DNA from: Bacilli bacterium
GTDB lineage: Bacteria; Bacillota_I; Bacilli_A; RF39; UBA660
Length of the DNA stretch: 64,000 bases
Assembly: GCA_017459425.1 (NCBI GenBank)
Contig: JAFUCZ010000030.1
Location: forward strand, 4,096-68,095
Direction of reading: 5' to 3'
Part shown: piece after piece, positions 54,625 through 60,993 of the stretch
Layout: each line of letters opens with the position of its first letter
Numbering within the stretch: the stretch's first letter is position 1
The notes under the pieces: generated by a model
Seen by the model: the letters and a program-made list of their open reading frames with translations, nothing else
Databases searched by the model: none
What the model was told of the DNA's origin: nothing
Program-made: the position numbers and the translations under genes

Positions 54625-55467
54625 ATGAAATATAAAAATTATTTATTAGGGTTATTATTTATATTTATGTGTTTCATTTGTGTTAATGGAGTTAGCGCAG
54701 ATGATAATAAAATTACACAAAAAATATGTGTGTATAAAATTGATGGTGGTGCTGTATCATTTGAAATAAAATCTAATCCAGATGGTTCAGATAAGTATAA
54801 ATATATTAGTGTTTTAAAAAGTAATGCTGGGAGCTTATTTGCAACTGATATTGCTAACTGGGATAAGGAAGATGATATAAATAGTTTTTCTGGTAGAGAG
54901 TATTTGACATCAAAAAATTTGTGCCCTAAACGTTTTGTAACATGTAAAAATAATTTTAATGTTAAAACTTCATGGTTTGCCTTTTCTAAATCAGACGCTC
55001 AAAAAATAAAAAATTCAAATGTTTGTGGGACATCGAATGATATTTCAATGTATACTCGTGATGATAAGGCTATATCAGCAATGGATAAAATAATAAAATC
55101 TGTGGAAGTAGCTTCCGATATTACTGATGCTGCGATTGAAGAATTTGATAAGTCATCTAATGAAGATAAAGACGATATTGAAGCTGTATGTGGAATTTTA
55201 ACTCCAAATGCACAGGAATTTATATATAGAATATTAGATTGGATAAAATATTTAGCTTTAGTACTTACTGTAGCTTTAAGTATATTAGATTTCTTTAAAG
55301 CTATGTCTAGTGAAGAAGATGATTCATTTAAAAAAGCAGCTTCAAAACTTACAAAACGAATAATAGTTGTAGTAGTGTTATTTTTACTACCTGTGTTACT
55401 TGAATTTGTACTTAAATTAGTTCATATTCAAGGAATAAATAGCAGTGATCCAATGTGTATGAAGTAA
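54625..55467 (+). CDS. Secreted protein with C-terminal VirB2/TrbC-like two-TM domain, paralog B
   Basis: Signal peptide ...FICVNGVSA/DD, a roughly 170-aa ectodomain with Cys, and a C-terminal core CGILTPNAQEFIYRILDWIKYLALVLTVALSILDFFKAMSSEEDDSFKKAASKLTKRIIVVVVLFLLPVLLEFVLKLV. Confidence 0.55.
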   Translation: MKYKNYLLGLLFIFMCFICVNGVSADDNKITQKICVYKIDGGAVSFEIKSNPDGSDKYKYISVLKSNAGSLFATDIANWDKEDDINSFSGREYLTSKNLCPKRFVTCKNNFNVKTSWFAFSKSDAQKIKNSNVCGTSNDISMYTRDDKAISAMDKIIKSVEVASDITDAAIEEFDKSSNEDKDDIEAVCGILTPNAQEFIYRILDWIKYLALVLTVALSILDFFKAMSSEEDDSFKKAASKLTKRIIVVVVLFLLPVLLEFVLKLVHIQGINSSDPMCMK

Positions 55468-55489
55468 GATAGATTTTTCTATCTTTTTT
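55466..55489 (+). terminator. Rho-independent terminator (paralogous to 56513-56536)
   Basis: Stem aagataga/tctatctt, loop tttt, then T6. Confidence 0.65.
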
Positions 55490-55546
55490 AGTTTAATATA
55501 TTTATTAATTGAGATATTAATTCATATATTGTATTAGGGTGGTTAT

Positions 55547-55834
55547 GTGAATGAAATTTCTATTGATAAAATTATTAAAAATATTAATAGTATAAATTTA
55601 ATTGATATTAGAAGTATAGAAAGTTTTAACAATAATCATATACCTGGAGCTAAGAATATTCCAATGGAGTCATTATTAATTAGTCCAAATATGTATTTAA
55701 AAAAAGATGAAAGATATTATATCTATTGTCAAAAAGGAATAAGTAGTAAAAAGATTTGTAATATATTAAAAAATTTAGGATATGATGTATATAGTATCAT
55801 AGGTGGTTATGAATCGTGGATATTAGAAAAATAA
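55547..55834 (+). CDS. Single-domain rhodanese (sulfurtransferase-like)
   Basis: LIDIRSIESFNNNHIPGAKNIP and active-site loop YCQKGISS. GTG start after AGGGTGG. Confidence 0.8.
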   Translation: MNEISIDKIIKNINSINLIDIRSIESFNNNHIPGAKNIPMESLLISPNMYLKKDERYYIYCQKGISSKKICNILKNLGYDVYSIIGGYESWILEK

Positions 55835-55896
55835 AACTCAAAATTATAGAGTTTTTTTTCTATTTATAGTATAATTATTCTAGATAGGATGGTTAT

Positions 55897-56511
55897 ATGA
55901 AAAAAAGGAATTTAATTTTACTATTAATAATAAGTGTTTTTTTAAGTATTTCAAATGTAAGTGCGGATGAAGCATGTAGTAGTATTACTGATGCAAGTAA
56001 AAAAAGTACATGTTTAGAATGTGTTAAAAAGTGTCCGAGTGATAAAAATTCAACAGCATATAATGAATGTTATAAAAAATGTCAAAACAATGCTGGGCAA
56101 TCTCAAGCGGCAGATCCAGATGCTGCTCAAGAAAGATGGGCAGAAAATTACATGGGGAATTATGTAAAATGTGGGAATAGTGGACCTATTCCAACTGCTT
56201 TTCCAATGTTAACTCGTGCTTTAATTAGACTTGTCCAAATACTTGCTCCGATTGTTTTAATAATTCTTGGGTCAATTGATTTTGCTAAAGCCGTTGCAAG
56301 TAGTGATGCAGACTTTTTAGATAAAGCAAAGAAAAAATTTGTAAGAAGGGTTATATCAGCTGTAGCAATATTTCTTGTATTTACAATTGTTAAGTTCATT
56401 ATAGCTAATATTTCAAGTGATAATGATGCCGTTAATTGTCTAGAATGCTTTATAAATAAAGCATCTAAATGTGATCCAGCAGCATATAGTAGTCATTATT
56501 CGTCAGAATAA
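55897..56511 (+). CDS. Secreted Cys-rich protein with C-terminal VirB2/TrbC-like two-TM domain, paralog C
   Basis: Signal peptide ...LSISNVSA/DE, a Cys-rich head (CSSITDASKKSTCLECVKKCPSDKNSTAYNECYKKC), core CGNSGPIPTAFPMLTRALIRLVQILAPIVLIILGSIDFAKAVASSDADFLDKAKKKFVRRVISAVAIFLVFTIVKFII, and a tail NCLECFINK. Confidence 0.55.
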   Translation: MKKRNLILLLIISVFLSISNVSADEACSSITDASKKSTCLECVKKCPSDKNSTAYNECYKKCQNNAGQSQAADPDAAQERWAENYMGNYVKCGNSGPIPTAFPMLTRALIRLVQILAPIVLIILGSIDFAKAVASSDADFLDKAKKKFVRRVISAVAIFLVFTIVKFIIANISSDNDAVNCLECFINKASKCDPAAYSSHYSSE

Positions 56512-56512
56512 T

Positions 56513-56536
56513 AAGATAGATTTTATCTATCTTTTT
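56513..56536 (+). terminator. Rho-independent terminator (paralogous to 55466-55489)
   Basis: 9-bp stem aagatagat/atctatctt, loop ttt, then a T-run. Confidence 0.65.
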
Positions 56537-56552
56537 CTAAAGGAGGTTTAAT

Positions 56553-57623
56553 ATGGAATATGTAATAATAGGTTTAATTATAGTAGTAATTGTTCTTTTA
56601 ACTATATCTTTATTTAAAGGCGTAAATGAAGCTAATATAACTGAACGTATTGGAAAAATTGAAACAACTACAGTTAAAGAATTAGGTGAATTTAAAAGTA
56701 ATATTAGAGATAATTTAGATAATGATTTTAATAATTTAAATAATAAGATAGAAGATAAATTAAATAAAATTGAAAATAAAGTTAATTCTAGACTTGATGA
56801 AAATTTTGAAAAAACAAATAAAACATTTACTTCTGTTTTAGAAAGATTATCTAAAATTGATGAAGCTCAAAAAAAGATAGATTCACTATCTACTGATATT
56901 GTTTCTCTTCAAAGTGTTTTAACTGATAAAAAGACACGTGGTATTTTTGGTGAAGTAAATTTAAAAAATATTATGGCTAATATTTTTGGAGAAAAGAATG
57001 ATAAAATATATAAGATGCAACATAGTTTGCCAAATGGTACTATTGTAGACTGTGCTCTTTTTGCACCATCCCCATTAGGTTTAATTGGTATAGATTCTAA
57101 ATTTCCTCTTGAAAATTATAGGAATATGGTAGATAGAAGCATCAGTGAAAAAGAAAGAGGAAACTACTGTAAATTATTTAAAATTGACATGAAAAAACAT
57201 ATTGATGCTATATCTAGCAAATATATAATTCCAGGTATTACTTCAGATCAGGCAATATTGTTTTTACCGGCTGAAGCTATATTTGCAGAGCTTAATGCAT
57301 ATCACACAGATATTATTGAATATGCTTATAAGAAACGTGTTTGGATTACTTCGCCAACAACTTTAATAAGTACATTAACAACAATTCAAGTAATAATTAA
57401 AAATTTAGAAAGAGACAAGTATGCTTCAGTTATTCATAATGAGTTGAAGCTTTTGGATGAAGAATTTAAGAGATATAAAGACCGTTGGGATAAATTATCA
57501 CGTAGTATTGAAACTGTAAGTCGTGATGTTAAAGATATACATGTTACAACTGATAAAATAACAAAGAGATTTGATTCAATAAATCAAGTAGATATGGAGA
57601 AAATTGAATATGAAAAAAATTAA
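56553..57623 (+). CDS. rmuC: DNA recombination protein RmuC
   Basis: N-terminal TM, long coiled coil, then the RmuC nuclease-like core (LPNGTIVDCALFAPSPLGLIGIDSKFPLENY, LFLPAEAIFAEL). Confidence 0.85.
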   Translation: MEYVIIGLIIVVIVLLTISLFKGVNEANITERIGKIETTTVKELGEFKSNIRDNLDNDFNNLNNKIEDKLNKIENKVNSRLDENFEKTNKTFTSVLERLSKIDEAQKKIDSLSTDIVSLQSVLTDKKTRGIFGEVNLKNIMANIFGEKNDKIYKMQHSLPNGTIVDCALFAPSPLGLIGIDSKFPLENYRNMVDRSISEKERGNYCKLFKIDMKKHIDAISSKYIIPGITSDQAILFLPAEAIFAELNAYHTDIIEYAYKKRVWITSPTTLISTLTTIQVIIKNLERDKYASVIHNELKLLDEEFKRYKDRWDKLSRSIETVSRDVKDIHVTTDKITKRFDSINQVDMEKIEYEKN

Positions 57624-58203
57624 TTTATTGATTGTTTTGGTTTCGGTTTTAATAAGTCTATATTATTGTTATTCATATATTGAAATAAAAAAGTACGCAA
57701 ATGCATTATCTTCTTTGATAATAATACCTTTAATGGTAGCGCCTTTAATAATAACAAAAATTACAAAAAAATCTAATAATTGGATAGAATCAATTTATAT
57801 TGTATTTATTTTTCTAGCACAAGTACTTGGCAGTGTTGTAGGATTATATCATTCGTTTAGTGGGTATGATAAAATAGTACATATGATATCAGGAATTGTT
57901 ACTTCTTTTTTAGGAGTATATATATTATATAAATTTAAAAAAGGTGACAACAAATTTTTTAATATAATATTTATTGTAATTATTACTTTAGCTATAGCAG
58001 CTATCTGGGAATTAATTGAGTATAATATTGATAATATTTTTAAAACTGATGTGCAATGGGTAAGTAAAACTGGTATAAATGATACAATGACAGATATTAT
58101 TAGTGCTTTAATAGGGACATGTTTATTTAATATATGTTATTTGTTTGAAATATGTAATGATAAAAAAATGATTGTTACTAAGTTTATAAATAGTTTAAAT
58201 TAA
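57610..58203 (+). CDS. YjdF/DUF2238-like membrane protein
   Basis: Multi-TM protein with YDKIVHMISGIVTSFLG and IWELIEYNIDNIF...DTMTDIISALIG motifs (family recalled from memory). Confidence 0.55.
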   Translation: MKKINLLIVLVSVLISLYYCYSYIEIKKYANALSSLIIIPLMVAPLIITKITKKSNNWIESIYIVFIFLAQVLGSVVGLYHSFSGYDKIVHMISGIVTSFLGVYILYKFKKGDNKFFNIIFIVIITLAIAAIWELIEYNIDNIFKTDVQWVSKTGINDTMTDIISALIGTCLFNICYLFEICNDKKMIVTKFINSLN

Positions 58204-58241
58204 AAAATACAGATTTTATTTTTCTGTATTTTTTTTGTTAC
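58204..58241 (+). repeat. 38-bp terminator-containing direct repeat, copy 1
   Basis: aaaatacagattttatttttctgtattttttttgttac is identical to 58775-58812. It contains the hairpin aatacaga/tctgtatt followed by a T-run, which terminates the upstream gene. Confidence 0.9.
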
Positions 58242-58242
58242 T

Positions 58243-58653
58243 GATTGGTTAAGGAATAGAAATACTATTGAATTTTTAGGTATATGGGAAGAATTGCATA
58301 ATCCAAATTTTAATTATGGCGAATTCGCCATAATTAAAAGTCAAGCTGGTTTAAATAGCCATAAATTAAGTGTTAAAGAATGGGTGGAGAAAACGAATGC
58401 TATTTGAATTACTGCTAAACGATGGAGAGAAGAACATTCTAATTTAGAAGGAAATATTAGAGATTATGCATCTATAAATGAATTAATATGTTTAGCAAAT
58501 CTAGAAAACTTGAATTCTGCATTTATTAATGATGAACTTAATCAATCAATACGATTAGAAAGATTAAATAAAATTGCTATATCACAAATGAAAATATTAA
58601 ATGAAAGTGATAAAGATAATATAGAAAATGTTAAAACTTTAATAACTAATTAA
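58243..58653 (+). pseudogene. Remnant of a KilA-N/antirepressor-type gene (5'-truncated, internal deletion, in-frame stop)
   Basis: Translates as DWLRNRNTIEFLGIWEELHNPNFNYGEFAIIKSQAGLNSHKLSVKEWVEKTNAI*ITAKRWREEHSNLEGNIRDYASINELICLANLENLNSAF.... There is no start codon, and it is missing roughly 120 aa relative to intact family members as I recall them. Confidence 0.6.
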
Positions 58654-58709
58654 TAATGTCATTTGGTAGTTATAAGTGAAGATTTTCCAACCCCAGAAAA
58701 AGTTTAAAA
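58654..58709 (+). repeat. Copy 1 of a 56/57-bp repeat: element right end plus frameshifted dinD-type 3' coding remnant
   Basis: taatgtcatttggtagttataagtgaagattttccaaccccagaaaaagtttaaaa versus 60828-60884: 4 substitutions and one 1-nt indel. Encodes SEDFPTPEK before the frameshift. Confidence 0.85.
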
Positions 58710-58774
58710 CAACTTTTAAAAGAAAGTAACAATAAAATAGTTGATTAATTTATTAAAAAAAATAATTTTTTTAT

Positions 58775-58812
58775 AAAATACAGATTTTATTTTTCTGTAT
58801 TTTTTTTGTTAC
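58775..58812 (+). repeat. 38-bp terminator-containing direct repeat, copy 2
   Basis: Identical to 58204-58241. Confidence 0.9.
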
Positions 58813-58935
58813 AAATATTTAATATTTGTTAAGACAGATTTTATATAAACTGTAATTATTATTTAACAGAACTTCAAAATCAGTGATTTGACTAATAAAA
58901 CACTTGGTACTATAGTGCTTTTAGGAGATGATAAA

Positions 58936-59706
58936 ATGCATGATTTAGAAATTAATAATAGTATATTCGAAAAGATTAAACATATTGATGAGTATGGAAA
59001 TGAATATTGGAGCGCTAGAGATTTACAAAATGTATTAGGATATAAGAAATGGGATAAGTTTCTTAATGTTATTTTAAATGCAGAAAAAGCATGTATTAAT
59101 AGTAATTGTGATTCAAATTATCATTTTCTCCAAATGGAGAAAATGATAGATACCGGTAAAGGAGCTAAGAGAAAAATTTTAGATTATAAGTTATCTAGAT
59201 ATGCTTGTTATCTTATAGTACAAAATGCTGATCCTTCTAAAGAAGTAGTTGCATTAGGACAAACTTATTTTACAATTCAAACAAGAAAGCAAGAATTAAG
59301 AGAATTGGATTATTCTAAATTAACTGAAGATGAAAAGAGATTGTATCAAAGAAGTTTAACTAAAAAAGGTAACTACTCTTTAAATCAAACTGCAAAAGCA
59401 GCAGGTGTTAAAAACTTTGATAAATTTCATAATGCAGGATATATGGGACTATATAATGGTGAAACTGCAGATGATATTGCTAAAAGAAAAGGATTAAGAT
59501 ATAGAGAAGATATTTTAGATAATATGGGAAGTGTAGAACTAGCTGCTAATCTGTTTAGAATAACTCAAACAGATGAAAAATTAAAAAATGATAATATTAA
59601 AGGCGAAAAAAATGCGAATGTTACTCATTATAATATGGGTAAAGATATCCGAAATTTTATAAAAGAACAGGGAGGAACTATGCCGGAAGTTATATGTACA
59701 AAATGA
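58936..59706 (+). CDS. dinD: DNA-damage-inducible protein D (DinD), C-terminus replaced by an insertion
   Basis: Collinear with E. coli DinD as recalled (FEKIKHIDEYGNEYWSARDLQ...LSRYACYLIVQNADP...GQTYFTIQTRKQEL...MGSVELAANLFRITQTDEKLK...GGTMPE). After GGTMPE it reads VICTK* instead of the expected (E/D)LPTP... tail. AGGAG RBS before ATG 58936. Confidence 0.8.
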   Translation: MHDLEINNSIFEKIKHIDEYGNEYWSARDLQNVLGYKKWDKFLNVILNAEKACINSNCDSNYHFLQMEKMIDTGKGAKRKILDYKLSRYACYLIVQNADPSKEVVALGQTYFTIQTRKQELRELDYSKLTEDEKRLYQRSLTKKGNYSLNQTAKAAGVKNFDKFHNAGYMGLYNGETADDIAKRKGLRYREDILDNMGSVELAANLFRITQTDEKLKNDNIKGEKNANVTHYNMGKDIRNFIKEQGGTMPEVICTK

Positions 59707-59774
59707 CATGATCACATTTATGACAGGATAATAACACACTATGATATTGGTAAACCAATATCAATGCTTATAAA

Positions 59775-59796
59775 TTTTGCAGACACGTCTGCAAAA
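59775..59796. promoter_or_regulatory. 10-2-10 inverted repeat just upstream of the yhcG-like RBS (candidate operator)
   Basis: ttttgcagac-ac-gtctgcaaaa, with perfect 10-bp arms, ends 6 nt before GAAAGGAG. Confidence 0.35.
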
Positions 59797-59813
59797 TTAG
59801 AAAGGAGTTAAAA

Positions 59814-60830
59814 ATGATAGAAACGGTTCAAAAAGAATTTAAAACTACAGTTGTTGATGTTGTTGATAAAATTCAACAAGTGCAATTAGAAATGTTTGTA
59901 AATGCAAATAAAAGTGTATTAGAATTGTATTTTTATATAGGTGAGACTATAGAAAATAATATTCAATGGGGAAATAAATTTGTTGATGAATTATCTGTTG
60001 AATTAAAAATAAGATTTCCAAAAGCAAAGGGGTATTCTCCAAGAAACCTTCGAAATATGAGAAAATATTATTTGGCAGTTAAAGAAAATGAAGAGTTAAA
60101 AGAACTTTCTTATAAAATACCTTGGTCACATAATACAATAATAATGGATAGGGTAAAAAATGATAATGAGAAAATATGGTATATAAAAGAAACCTATAAT
60201 AATGGTTGGAGTTATGATTATTTAGAAATTCAAGTAAAAAGAGATGCTTATTCTAGACAAATTCTTGGGGATAAACCAAATAATTTTGGATTAACATTAC
60301 TACAACCTCAAAGTTCTTTGGCAAAAGAAATTATGAAAGATCCATATATATTCGATGTTGGTGAATTAAGAGAAAATTATGTAGAAAAGGATGTTGAAAA
60401 TGCATTAATAGAAAAAATAAAAATGACTTTGTTGGAATTAGGAAATGGTTTTAGTTTTATAGCAAATCAATACAGAGTTACAGTAAATAAAGAAGAAAAT
60501 TACATTGATTTACTATTCTACCATACTAAATTACATTGTTATATCGCTATAGAATTAAAAAACAAAAAATTTATACCTGAATATGCTGGTAAAATGAATT
60601 ATTACTTATCTGCTTTAGATGATATGCTAAAAACTGAATATGACAATCCATCTATTGGAATTATTTTAGTTAGAAATAAGGATAAACTAAATGTAGAATA
60701 TGCACTTAGAAACATTAATAAGCCTATTGGAGTAAGTTCTTATGAACTATCAGAATACTTACCAAAAGATGCATTAGAATCATTGCCAACTGAGGAAGAA
60801 TTAAACTTACATATAGATATAAAAGAGTAA
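59814..60830 (+). CDS. YhcG-family (DUF1016) PD-(D/E)XK nuclease-domain protein
   Basis: C-terminal core LGNGFSFIANQYRVTVNKEENYIDLLFYHTKLHCYIAIELKNKKFIPEYAGKMNYYLSALDD (D...E-L-K nuclease motif), with the N-terminal helical YhcG-type domain. Confidence 0.8.
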   Translation: MIETVQKEFKTTVVDVVDKIQQVQLEMFVNANKSVLELYFYIGETIENNIQWGNKFVDELSVELKIRFPKAKGYSPRNLRNMRKYYLAVKENEELKELSYKIPWSHNTIIMDRVKNDNEKIWYIKETYNNGWSYDYLEIQVKRDAYSRQILGDKPNNFGLTLLQPQSSLAKEIMKDPYIFDVGELRENYVEKDVENALIEKIKMTLLELGNGFSFIANQYRVTVNKEENYIDLLFYHTKLHCYIAIELKNKKFIPEYAGKMNYYLSALDDMLKTEYDNPSIGIILVRNKDKLNVEYALRNINKPIGVSSYELSEYLPKDALESLPTEEELNLHIDIKE

Positions 60831-60851
60831 TGTCATTTGGTAGTGGTAACT

Positions 60852-60914
60852 GAAGATTTGCCAACCCCAGAAAAAAGTTTAAAAGAATTGGAGCGAGAAA
60901 AAAATTTTAATTGA
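60852..60914 (+). pseudogene. dinD: Displaced 3' end of dinD (last 20 codons plus stop)
   Basis: Reads EDLPTPEKSLKELEREKNFN*, the conserved DinD tail (E. coli: ...GGTMPEELPTPQVSIKQLE...). It has no start codon of its own. Confidence 0.7.
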
Positions 60915-60993
60915 TAATAATAATTATATAAATAGATTTAAATAACAATGTATATTAGTTGAATTTTTATTAATAATAAAAATGGGTGATAAA

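Larger units (their letters stand above)
59689..60851 (+). mobile_element. 1.16-kb insertion bounded by 21-bp imperfect terminal inverted repeats, carrying a YhcG-family nuclease gene and splitting dinD
   Basis: The left end gttatatgtacaaaatgacat (59689-59709) matches the reverse complement of the right end (60830-60850), gttaccactaccaaatgacat, at 16 of 21 positions, including 9 contiguous. GAA is present on both sides (59686-59688 and 60852-60854). Joining the flanks restores GGTMPE-DLPTPEKSLKELE. Confidence 0.55.

Noticed and set aside
26427-58203. The pilus/T4SS locus as an ICE integrated at the 3' end of tRNA-Leu.
   Set aside because: No integrase follows the tRNA; MarR and ABC exporter genes do. 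I saw no downstream direct repeat of the tRNA 3' end (ggttcgattcccttcagaagcacca) by eye. Composition and codon style look uniform across the region. This cannot be excluded without a repeat search and comparative genomics.
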